Shown in pieces: positions 28,227-48,097 of a stretch of 64,000 bases of DNA (positions are counted from its first letter, which is position 1; each line of letters opens with the position of its first letter). The stretch is from NCBI GenBank assembly GCA_040954595.2, contig CM082590.2, positions 11,222,655 through 11,286,654 of the forward strand, read 5' to 3'. The translations under genes and the position numbers were made by a program. The notes under the pieces were generated by a model, which did no database searches, was not told where the DNA came from, and saw only the letters and a list, made by a program, of their open reading frames with translations. Source of the DNA: Balanoglossus misakiensis. Its lineage: Eukaryota > Animalia > Hemichordata.

Positions 28227-31080
28227 GAAGAGGGCGGTAGGAGCTTCCATCATGGCGGCCATGCATGCACTGGGCGCGGCCATCTTTACTATCGAACAAA
28301 CAAGCGATAATTTTATTTATCGGGCATTTAGAATGCGCGATATGGGCAATAATATCTTTACAAAATTAATCCAGGCTTCTTATATGTTATTAAGAAAAGC
28401 CCTCGCCGCGAAAAATGCAAGTAAATTATTGTAAATAACAGCTCTCGTTGATAGCATCAGTGCAAACCGTGAAGAAAAACAAAGTGAAAAATATGTCCCC
28501 GTGGAGGGCGGTAGTCAGTTTGTAAACCCTTGCCACAGCCCATACCGTCACCACAGTACAGTGCATAAGCCCGCAGAAACGAACCATAAATACTGTAAAG
28601 CGAAGTTTAACGGTTGAATCCACCCTTTTATTTTAACTCTGATTTATTAGAGATCATTTTTATTCATGTCAAGATATTTCATATTCTCTGAAGCAGTGAG
28701 AAGTACACATTAAAGTGCCATGCACTGAGCTATTCCCCACGACCCTCTGATCATGAGTTCACTGCACTGACTACTGGACTATGATGCCTTCTCATGCTAA
28801 ACAAGCAATGCTTTGAGTGTGGTCCTAATATTCACAAGATCAACTTGTAAGATAACTTTCATATTGTCGTTCCAAGTTTTTGGTTCTCCCAATAATTGAG
28901 GATATAAAGCAACTTACACATCCTCAACACAAGTGCACATTAGTTCTCACACTGAGTTCAAGTGTACTGCAAACCAAAGTTTGACGTTCGAGTCCTTCCT
29001 TTAATTTCGATTTTGACTTTTTAGGGATCATTTTTAATCACTTGTATTGGTTTCGAGTGCTACGCAACTGGTATGTTATTTTGTAAACAACTTGTACGTT
29101 GTATGGAGGATGCTGATATGCTGTTCATTTGATCGCGCTAGAATGAGCGATATGGACGATAAAAACTTGACCAAAGTAACCCAGGCTCCTTATACAGTAT
29201 TAACAAAAGCCCCTTGGGTGTAAAAAATCACGTTAAAGTCTTGAAAAACGGCTGTTCTCGGCGAATTGCCACAGCGCGAAGGGCCAAGTCAAAACAAAGT
29301 GTACAATTTGTCCCCGAAGAGGGCGGTAGGAGCTTCCATCATGGCGGCCATGCATACACGTACACTGGGCGCGGCCATCTTTAGCGGCCATCTTTATTAA
29401 CAAACATACAAGCAATAATTTTATGTATTGGGCATTTAGAATGCGCGATATGGGCAATAATATCTTTACAAAATTAATTCAGGCTTCTTATATGCTATAA
29501 AGAAAAGCCCTCGCCGCGAAAAATGGAAGTAATTTGTTGAAAATAACAGCTCTCGTTGATAGCATCAGCGCAAACCGTGAAGAAAAACAAAGTGAAAAAT
29601 ATGTCCCCGTGGAGGGCGGTAGTCAGTTTGTAAACCCTTGCCACAGCCCATGTCGTCTCCACAGTACAGTGTATAAGCCCGCAGAAACGAAGCATTAATA
29701 CTGTAAAGCGAAGTTTAACGGTTTAATCTACCCTTTTATTTTAACTCTGACTTTTTAGAGATCATTTTTATTCATTTCAAGATAGTTCATATTCTCTGAA
29801 GCAGTGCGAAGAACACATTAAAGTGCCATCCTCAATCGGACCCAACACTGAGCTATTCCCCACGACCCTCTGATCATGAGTTCACTGCTCTGACTACTGG
29901 ACTATGATGCCTTCTCATGCTGAACAAGCAATGCTTTGAGTGTGGTCCTAATATTCACAAGATCAACTTGTAAAATAACTTTCATATTGTCGTTCCAAGT
30001 TTTTGGTTTTCCCAATAATTGAGGATATAAAGCAACTTACACATCCTCAACACAAGTGCACATTAGTTCTCACACTGAGTTCAAGTGTACTGCAAACCAA
30101 AGTTTGACGTTCGAGTCCTTCCTTTAATTTCGATTTTGACTTTTTAGGGATCATTTTTAATCACTTGTATTGGTTTCGAGTGCTACGCAACTGGTATGTT
30201 ATTTTGTAAACAACTTGTACGTTGTATGGAGGGTGCTGATATGCTGTTCATTTGATTGCGCTAGAATGAGCGATATGGACGATAAAAACTTGACCAAAGT
30301 AACCCAGGCTCCTTATACAGTATTAACAAAAGCCCCTTGGGTGTATAAAATCAAGTGAAAGTCTTGAAAAACGGCTGTTCTCGGCGAATTGCCACAGCGC
30401 GAAGGGCCAAGTCAAAACAAAGTGTACAATTTGTCCCCGAAGAGGGCGGTAGGAGCTTCCATCATGGCGGCCATGCATACACTGGGCGCGGCCATCTTTA
30501 TTAACAAACATACAAGCAATAATTTTATTTATCGGGCATTTAGAATGCGCGATATGGGCAATAATATCTTTACAAAATTAATCCAGGCTTCTTATATGCT
30601 ATTAAGAAAAGCCCTCGCCGCGAAAAATAGAAGTAATTTGTTGAAAATAACAGCTCTCGTTGATAGCATCAGCGCAAACCGTGAAGAAAAACAAAGTGAA
30701 AAATATGTCCCCGTGGAGGGCGGTAGTCAGTTTGTAAACCCTTGCCACAGCCCATGCCGTCTCAACAGTACAGTGCATTTCGCCCGCAGAAACGAAGCAG
30801 AAATACTGTAAAGCGAAGTTTAACGGTTGAATCCACCCTTTTATTTTAACGCTGACTTTTTAGAGATCATTTTTATTAATGTCAAGATATTTCATATTCT
30901 CTGAAGCATTGAGAAGCTATTCCCCACGACCATCTGATGATGATTTCACTGTTCTAACCACTGATGCCTTCTCATGCTGAACAAGCAATGCTTTGAGTGT
31001 GGTCCTAATATTCACAAGATCAACTTGTGTAATAAGTGAATCACTATTATTCTCCCAATAATTGAGGATATAAAACAACT
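28227..31080. repeat. Tandem array, ~2.6 copies of a ~1.1-kb higher-order unit
   Basis: The anchor gaagagggcggtaggagcttcc occurs at 28227, 29316 and 30439 (periods 1089 and 1123 bp). Copies are near-identical, and the ORF track shows repeated spurious peptides here. Confidence 0.95.
29830..29912 (-). mobile_element. tRNA-derived SINE-head-like fragment inside each array unit (also ~28724-28790, degenerate at ~30916-30970)
   Basis: The minus strand reads ggcatcatagtccagtagtcagagcagtgaactcatgatcagagggtcgtggg. This has an A-box-like segment, an anticodon-loop-like CTCATGA and a variable-loop-like AGGGTCGTG. The B-box is disrupted. Confidence 0.45.
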
Positions 31081-32786
31081 AGCACAATGCAGACAATTAA
31101 AATTTAAAATCCTTTATTGACATAATATCAGAGCACAAATCAGGAAACCATACAATAAAAGTACAAAGTAAATATAAACATTCCCTAAAAATGCACCACA
31201 CATACAGTCTGAGTTGTAATCCTTTGGAAACACTTCCGGCAATTGGCCGAGATAACATCACCTGACATGCATAAATATGTGTAACACCATCATTCATTGG
31301 TCAAGACAGCACAAAATTAAAAAGCCATACCTTACAATAGTTAACAATATCTCTGATTGGTCCTAAAGCATCATGTGACATGCGTAGAGTAATTGCAACA
31401 TTGATACCAAACGCAAAAAATCCCAAATTGGAAGGTAACTTTTATCAGCTGCAGGCAAACAAAATTATTATTGCAGAAAAAAATCGAACTGAACCAGTCA
31501 GGTAAAAACTGTTTCTGAATATCTATGGAATACATACAGAACAGTCGCATACATGCAAGAACATAACATTTTCACAGAGCCTGCCATAAATATTTGTAAC
31601 TTTTACTGCACTATTCATTTTGTTTTTTTAATTTTAATATTTCAATGAAAACTTTCTCTATTTCTGGTTTGTTTAATCAAACATAGTTTGAAATTCCAAG
31701 ACTTCTGGAATATATCACAGACATTATCTGCCAGGACTACGTATTAAGAGTGATTGAATGGTGGCCATTTTGTTGGGGGTACCTCAAATGGGCATCACTC
31801 AATACTCACATGTACATACAGGTAATATCATTCTCTGTGAGTCTAGGAAATACTATTTTTTCTACTTGACTTTGTTGGAATAACTTTTTATGCAAATGAT
31901 ATAATGAAATGCTGGTACGTAAAAAAACTTCAGATAAAAACTAGTCTAAAACTGAAATTCAGCTGACAATATTTCCGAATACATACGAGAAGACACAGAA
32001 CATTTGGCTAAATACACTGCTGTAAAGTAATTCAACATGTAAATTGTACTTAAAGTACCAATGAAACCTCAAAACTTAAAAAAGTAGTCTTTTGACCAGA
32101 AGATGTGTCTGAGAATTTCCCCCACATTTCAGCTGTCTTGTTACACAGTACTTATAAAAACTTGCAGTAAAGTACATGTATATCTAAAACCCTAAGCCTC
32201 GTGCTGTACATTCACTGTTCTGTAGTGACAGCTAAGTACATACTCACAAATAAGTGAAAAGTTTGAAGTGTTGCTGTTGTACTACCCATAAAAAAGGCAT
32301 AATTTAGATTCTGTTTGCAACATAACACAGTGTCAGTTCATAAAGGTGGTGGATGCAAAGTGATTGTGTTTTCAAAATACCAGATAAAAATGATGCGTAG
32401 GTAATGGGCTTCAGAACTGAATAAGTCAAACCTGATTCAGACTGTACTAATAAAATTTTTGTCCACTGTTGTCTTATGTTCATATTAATTGTGTACAGCA
32501 TTGACTGTCAGTCGAGAAGTTGTGAGGGACATAGTATTGGAAGGGTTAGACTTGGTGGGAAATATGTCCAGCTCCTGTTCTGGCAGAGTTTGGTGATTTT
32601 TCAGTCATTTAAAAAGATCCCCATTACATAAATGTTTGTCAGTCGAGATGACAGTTTCAGTACTTCAATGGGAACTGCATGCAACTTGCCGAGCCCCAAG
32701 TTTCCATGGTTTCCATTGCTAAGGCAACATTTAGACATCCGCATCACTTCATCCAGAAGACTATCCCAAGTACATTTCATCCTCTC

Positions 32787-37740
<4,954 letters not shown>

Positions 37741-38405
37741 ATTGCAACTTCTCCACCAAGTGTCATAGCTCACAGAATTTACGACTTAGATAATTACAGC
37801 ATCGTATCGCAGTGGTGATTCCGACAACAGGAAAGTAGGCGGTGGCTGTGCCTATGTTTGCAGACGTCTAAAACTTCGGTTAAGCTGACAAGCAAGCCTG
37901 TTTTGCGGACACAAGTACCTGGGTATTTCTGGCCGATTGGCCGGGCAGCTGTAGTTAGTTGGTCGATCGCGAGCAAGAAAAATCCCTGTACAGACGAATT
38001 TTCCACCAAATCGTTATGGACGGCTAATGTGCAGATTATGGCGTGAAATCACATAAAGGTGCCATTCATTGTCGATTGTAATGCGAGAAGAGACGCACAA
38101 ACAAGGCGAAACAAGTCCTTAAAACACAACTAACAACGCATCTACTGTCTCCACGACTTCACCCCGTGACCTTTCACCTCAGCGCTCGGTCAACGTCACG
38201 CTATTAACAGAAACACATTCAGCAAATTATTCCATAAAGTTTTGACAAAATCTGCGTTTGCACATCACGATAATTAAAACATAATATTCTTTCACCTAAA
38301 TTTTGACAGTTTTAAATCCATCTTTTTTTCTGTCGCTCAATGTGGCAGAATGAAACCACGGTATCTAAATAAACCTGCAATGTCTGTTTCTCGACTGAAA
38401 CCAAC

Positions 38406-39397
<992 letters not shown>

Positions 39398-42055
39398 CCA
39401 TGGATACAACTGCAGGGACTTCTTCAAGTTCCCCTCCATACTTGTAGTTAGAATCATCTGTCCATCAAATCAGTGGTTTCAAAGTTTGATTTGCATTGTT
39501 CATTGAAGTACATTTCATATAATAATCAGGTAGATTTTCAGAGGCTCACACACATAAGGTTCTAACTTCAGTCCAAATTCTTTGATTTAATAATTGTTTG
39601 CTTGTAAAAGGAGGGGAAAGAATGAAGTCCAGTTTTATGTTTAATTGAAGCAAGTGTGATATGCCAGTTATTACCACAGTCAATCAGACACAAAATTAAA
39701 CCTTCTTGTAAAACTTTACCTACTGAAATAAAATATGCTACACGTCTTTGTGTATGTAGTCAGAACTGTGGCGTCTTCAAGCAGATGCATGTAATACTAT
39801 TTGACTGTATGAGGGCGGTATACACAGTTCCATGTATCTTCCACTGTCATGGTAACCTGTTGCAAAAGTGTCAATCAAACTGGTGTACTCCTATCCAAGA
39901 AAATACCAGGATGTATTATGGTTGCATCAGATCATGAAGATAAGAACAAGAAAAAAGACGACGACACAAGACTTATCGAAAAGTCAACAATATTGGGGCT
40001 TTCAGTTTAATGTAAGATTAGACAGGCAGAACTTAAACACAGCTTACATTGTCAAAAGACACTTGTACTATTTGATCTGTATCAGTAGCCTCTTAAATGT
40101 TTTTCTCAAAGTACACTCAACTAGTGCCCCTCCCTCCCCAAATTACATGATCCTTTTGTGTGCAGGAATGACTTTCTAAACACAAGGCCCATCAAATCAA
40201 TTACTTCAAATGATTGCTCTAAATATTTTCACACAGAGAGACTATTAGCCTCCTAAACCGTATATACAGCTGTAATTGCAAACTGTCAAATTCATAATCT
40301 CCCAGGATGTTATGAAAAGCGCACTGAAGATCTCAGAATTTCTAAATACTTGTTAAAGCTAGCTATCTCCAGACAGTCCTGTAAAAAAGACAAGATTTTC
40401 TAATAACCACAAACTCACAACTGTAGATGTATAAAAAGTATCCCAAATGTCACAGTAGTATGAAAAATACTGATTCCAAAAACAATGAATAAATCCACAA
40501 GTAGGCTTCAGTATAATAGCATCTCAATATAAAAAGTTTCCATCCCTACATTTCAGCATGAAATAGATTCCCCATTATACATTGCAATGATAGAATAACT
40601 ACAATTTTTTTCATTGACAGAAAAGGAGGAAGGAGAGAGACATGCAATTGTCAAGACCAAATGAAAAATTAACCATAACAAACTTTCCAAAAACTGAAGA
40701 GATGCAGTAGTCACCTCAGATGATAATGATGGTTTGACAGGAAAATATGGTCTGTTTTCTTTTCTTTTACTGCGTGAATTTTAAACCCAATTAATTTTAA
40801 CAACACCTAAAACTTTAACTGAAAATTGTGCAATATTAAAGGGGGAAAAATTGTCAGGAGAAAACGGCAATAGGGCTTAATATAAATAGCCATTTTTGTA
40901 AATACTTGGGATGGGTGAAAACAAAAGAAAAACATTTACATCTTTAAGAAAAAAAACAAATTTTGTCATTCTGAATTCTCACTACCAAGGTTTCTCAGTA
41001 CTTTGGTTTGTGTATCAATTGTGGTTTATTTTTCAACTCTCTAAAACAAAGAATTTCTCAGTACATACATTTGGTTGTTCAATATAGTATCTGACATGAT
41101 TGGCTAAAAGTTTGATTACAATCTCTGCTAAGAGTTCCTCTAACAACAGATGTCCAATTAGAATTCCCACTGTTTTAAATGAAAGTATTTTCTCGGCTGT
41201 GAGAACTCGGGATTGAAAAATTGTCAAAATGACAAGTTCTTCCCAAAACATGGTCTGTGATAGCACAAAATATTAAATTATCGATATTCAAATTATCACT
41301 CTACTTACAATAAAGGGACTGATACATTGTGGCAAGACTTATTACATTATACACCGAAACTTGAACGAAAGAGAATAGTGCATTTGTTGTCTTTAAACCT
41401 CTGGATAAAATATTCCCTGGTTTGTTTTAGATTGTCATGTCTGGTGCCTGTCTGTTAGTCAATCGGAAGGCATCATGCCTCAGTAATGCGTATTGTAATC
41501 ATGGAACATTTTTCTTAGAAATTTTGTGAGAACATCACAACTGCATATATTCTTTAAGTCACTTATTCATGATCATCAAGTACACTCAAAAAGCAGAAAG
41601 CGTATTTTCCTCTTTTTAATCTAAAAAACTTCAATGCATAATGCTGTCAGTGAAAAGATTCTAAACAGAAGCGATGCAATTTGTATTTTCGTATTCAAAT
41701 TCAGTTATCGAAATTCTATTTCTTTCTCTTTATAGAAAATATAGATATCTCTGATACATCATACAGTGTAAACATGTACAACAAATTCAGTATCTTGCCA
41801 CCCCTGTTTTATCAATGGAACTGACCAAACATGCCAATGGTACAATGTTGTTGGACTACGCTATTATACATTGGGGTAAGTTCTGCTGAAAAATTACAAT
41901 GTACCGGTACTTCATTAAATATACCCCTGTTGGCAACCTGACTGTCCCTGTGTTCTCAAATAGAACGATCCTCACTGATGATTGATGTCTGCGCACAGTG
42001 TTGGTGAAACCATTAAACAGGGGTGGCAGGATGATTTATGAGGGGTTGATGGAAG

Positions 42056-45000
42056 CTACAGAATACTGCATCGCCATCCACTGCTCTTCTTGTGATGTGT
42101 CTCTGTTACTTTGACTGTTGATTTGGCGGCAGAGCTGGATTCCTGCAAATTAATTCAAATCAAATCAATCAACTCTGAATCATTTGTGTCTATCTTCACA
42201 CATTCAAGTTCTCCCAAAACAAAATGTGTGAAAGCATTATGATTGTGTTAGTTAATACTTACCATTTTCTTGTCCATCTTAATCTTGATGTCTGTGGCTA
42301 GTGTATTGAAGGCCTGCGATGGAAACAGACAAAATATTTTGATCAATCATCAAAACTTATTTTAGTGGTTGATGTCATTCCTGTCTACAGAAAGTCTTGT
42401 ATCTTCAAATCTCTCTTAGCAGCAATCATATTATGTTGGAAAACTTCTTAATTCTTTCACTGGATTGTAGCTTAGGAAAACAAGTCTGTACACCTTTCAC
42501 TGGACTGTAGACTTTGCCGAACATACCTATAAGTCAGAGCAATAATTTTGTCTGACTATCATAGATCCTGAAACAAAGGTGTACAGTATTTCTAAACAGT
42601 TCTGTGTAATACACAGTTGTAAAACCATTCAGCAAACTCACCTCTTCCACATTGATGCTAAGTTTGGCACTGGTCTCCATGAATTTGATTCCGTACTCGA
42701 TGGCAAGCTGAAAAGACAAGTTTACACAATCAGAAATGTAATGTTTGCATGCTCAGTGTTAATTCAGTCAAACCAGTCTATAGTGGCCCGTCAACGGCAT
42801 TTCTGAAACTGGCCTTTATAGACATGTGGCCTTTACAGACAGGTCTGTAAACTGCAGTGTAACAAAGTGGCTAGTATAGACAGGTTTCCACTTAATGGAG
42901 GATGGTTTGACTGTATATAATGTCATGTCAAATGTGAGCTCTGACCTGTTCCCCCCTCTCCTTGGTAACTTGTCTTCTGTCTTCCATGTCGCATTTGTTC
43001 CCAAGGATCATCTTCTCAACATCTGCCGATGCGTGCTGATATTGACGCACACAAAAAATCATATGGTTATTCACACATATAGTCATTGGATGGTGTGACA
43101 ATACCATCTTCTCAACATTTCATGAGGCATGTTAGTATCACAAGACAGATAGAGGTGGATGGTTCATTGGGTAGAGATATCAAAACCTTTCAACACATGC
43201 ATATCACACATTTGCACAGATATTTTAACCCTTTCACCCCTGTTTAGAAGTCCAACCTTACCATATAGAACAATGAGTTTGGACTGAACCATAGTGGTGA
43301 GAGGGTTAACCAGATGACAGGTGAACTTACTTCTTCAATATTGCGGATCCAGTTCTTGATGTTATCAAAGGACTTCTCGTTCGTAATGTCATAGACCAAC
43401 ATGATCCCCTGTAATTGAGACAAACGAATATCAATTATTGCCACAGAAGATTACAACCAAGCTTCTTAATTCAATGCATACTTTGCAAATCTGTACAGGT
43501 TGCTTGCCACCCCAAAATTGTAATACAGAAAACATGCTGTGTAACTTAGGGTTGTACTTTCTTATATGCTGGTTTGTTTGCGTCTCTATACAATCATGTG
43601 CATTGCAGCTGCATAGATAATACAACTGACATGACAGGGTTTTTTTGAAGAGTATTTTACCATTGCTCCTCTGTAGTATGCAGTAGTGATGGTGCGGAAT
43701 CTCTCCTGACCTGCTGTGTCCCTGCGAGATAAAAAAGAAGATATTTACAGACATTTCATAAAAACAGCATTGTGTCAATGTAAGCTCTTTCATATACACA
43801 GAACGTAAAAAAACTGATTATAAGATTCCAGCTCTTTCTGCAAAATATTATATTTCGGGCAGAAATGGAAATGTACTTGTGACAATGTCAAACACACACT
43901 TACCATATTTGTAGTTTGATTTTCTTGCCATCCAATTCAATAGTTCTGATTTTAAAATCTATACCTGCAAAGATATAATATTCAAAATTGTATGAAGATG
44001 TTACACATTGTTAGAGACAAATGAGGAAATGAAACATAAACAGACAGATAAGAACTCAGAGGGTTAAATAAACAAATTTCTGCAGATTGCGGTAATTTTA
44101 ATTCAGTGGATGCATGTCCCCTTTATGAAACTGTAGACACACAAGGGGGTTGTGAGCTTGTCTGAAACCTTCCTGAATAACATAGCTAAGCAAACTGGTA
44201 CGGAAAGCAGCTCTAGTTATAAAACTGTAGCATGGAGGACTTCCTGGTGTATGTAACATTGTTAATGTTATCTCATAAATCGCTGAAATCAGGAAGAACT
44301 TGTCAATGCACCGGTAGTAGTGGTGATGTTTTGAAGTCCCTACCTAGCATAGATCTGCATCATCATGAAGCTGACATTGACTGTTTAGAATACTGCCTAA
44401 TAACTGCAGCAACTACAATGTGCAATACAGTTGTTAAAATTACTTCCATTTTGAAACTTTGTCGTGGTTAAATTGTGCAGTTACCAGGAAGTGTTACACA
44501 CCAGATTAGAATTATAGAAGGAAGTCAGGTTTTATTGTGTTCTATTTTTGGTGACTGAATTACGAACAATTCTACTTGTACTTTGTTCTGCATTGTCACT
44601 GACATGAAATTGTTTTTACGTAGCGGCATTTTGTAATATTTGGAGTTGAGTAAGGTTTCAAAGATCAGTACATAAAGGTGATGTCGTGTCCTTGAACATA
44701 TTTCCCCATTGTTTGCTCTCCTACCCAGAATTGGAGTGCATGGCCCAACCATTCTTTTACAAAGGAGCAATATGTTCCTTTCTTCAAGCTTTCAGTTTCA
44801 GATCCATGGATAAAAGTCGACAGGTAAAACTAAAACCATGGCTTTACTTCCATGGACAATGGCCAAATACTGCATTATTATAAGGAATTAATCAACCTTG
44901 AAAAATAGATTATTGACAGGCTTTATTTTCTTTTTATAGATTATTGCTTGTCTGTTTACAATAGTTTCCATCATAGCTATTCATTTTTCAAGGTGATAAC

Positions 45001-45618
45001 ATATGATCATGAATGAAGTGACAATCAGTCACACACAAAATGTCAGTGTTGACATTGAGGATCAAAACATCATGACGCATGCAAAATATTGCAAAACAGT
45101 CTCTCCTAGACAGAATCCATTATTGGGGTGGTTATGTCCGTGGCTAGATCTTGTCAAACACATAATATTTTGACATTCACCACTGATTTGCATGAAATGA
45201 ACACAAGAGAGATCTCCGCCGGCCATGTTGTTTGACTTCCGTCAGTTGTGACGCAATCTCTCTCTGCCATGTCGACCGATCGTCGCTATGGCAGAGCTGG
45301 AAAACCGGTAACATCAACTTATAAGAGACAGAAAATGGACAGTTAAAGCCGAAAATAAACTTTTATAACCGCTTTTGCTGGACACGTTTAGTGAAGCTGA
45401 TCAAACGTGCACTATGGAGAAATCATCGATGTATGTCTTAACACTTCAAACCTCATATGTATACGTTTGGGAAATCACTAAAGTAATCACTCACCTATCG
45501 TTGATATAAACGTTGAATTAAATGCGTCTTCTGAAAACCTAAACAGTACACAAGTTTTGCCGACTCCGGAATCTCCTATAAGCAGTAACTTAAAAAGAAA
45601 GTCATACGTCTTCGCCAT
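42056..45618 (-). CDS. RAB8: Ras-related protein Rab8, 8 exons
   Basis: Exons 45618-45495, 43964-43904, 43721-43661, 43408-43331, 43035-42946, 42707-42642, 42313-42263 and 42142-42056. Begins [42 protein letters not shown] and ends in the CaaX box CSIL*. Confidence 0.96.
43225..43309. mobile_element. ~85-bp MITE with TTAA-CCCT...AGGG-TTAA ends (piggyBac-like), in a Rab8 intron
   Basis: Inverted ends ttaaccctttcacc ... ggtgagagggttaa flanked by TTAA. Two related copies lie elsewhere in the window. Confidence 0.7.
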
Positions 45619-46139
45619 TTTGTGTGTCTGTCTGTTTGTCGCAGGGAAACACCCTCATTAGCATAAAGTCTCTCGTGCTAGTGACGTCATACTGAAAGTT
45701 CCGTGGGACCACCTACTTCCGGGATCAATGACTGATGGCTCGCAATCAATGTTGTCATGGTGATTTAACTTGTCTGCATATCGTTTGGCCAGTAAAAGCG
45801 AGAAAATGGAGAACACCCACAATGAATGACAAGTGAAAAGAATTGGAATCCTGGTGGTTCTTTATTTTCAAGGGCTTTTCCCGACGCGTCCTGCCTGTCT
45901 AGTCTAGTCACGTGATGAGACGCAGTGATCGAAACGAGTGTGTTGAGCGCCACCACTCGACTAGAATTCTGTTTACTTATCAAGTTGAAAGAAATTGGTG
46001 ATCCTGTCTTTTGATAGTCCAGTTTTGTTAGATTTTTTTAAACCGTGAATATTTCTAACCATGTCAGATCATGGTTTTCAAATAAAACCAAAAAGTATAT
46101 GTGCTCCTTGTTTCGAGTTCCGGAAACCCGACGAGTGAC

Positions 46140-46170
46140 GTTGGTCACGTGACCTGACCTCTTTTTCGCT
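46140..46170 (+). promoter_or_regulatory. RPS27 TCT/5'-TOP initiator with adjacent E-box
   Basis: Pyrimidine tract cctctttttc about 25-35 nt upstream of the ATG, typical of ribosomal protein genes. GGTCACGTGACC lies just upstream. Confidence 0.7.
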
Positions 46171-46191
46171 GTACTGATAAGAACAGCCACC

Positions 46192-47667
<1,476 letters not shown>

Positions 47668-48097
47668 TTTGAGCAATGAAGTCAAGAAAGAAAGCAGGGA
47701 TAGATGCCATGACAACCACCACTAAGTCTTCATCCATCACCATGGAAACTATTGTGGACTCAGTTTCCAGATGCCATTATTATTACTCTACATTTTTCAC
47801 CATTGAGACATTTTTGAAAACTTCTCTGAGAATATGAGTTTTGGAAGTGTAGATTTCATGGAGAGCTTTTGCTTTGTTTATTTTCATTTACAGAGAAATC
47901 TTGAAACATGAAATAAAAACGCAACTATCCTTGCTGAAGTTGGGCTCTAGTTTGTAGATGTTTGTGGAATGAGTTCTGAGTGAGATTTGGTCGTGTAGGG
48001 TGGAGAAACTATGTGATGTTAGTTGCAGAGGCCACAAGTTTGAAGTGATGGTATCAGTGATAGACTTTGATGACATTGGTGTGTTTGATTTTTATCG

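Noticed and set aside
28171-30811. Repeated ORFs of 62-140 aa in the tandem array
   Set aside because: They occur on both strands, frames break between copies and there are no domain motifs. They are by-products of the repeat.
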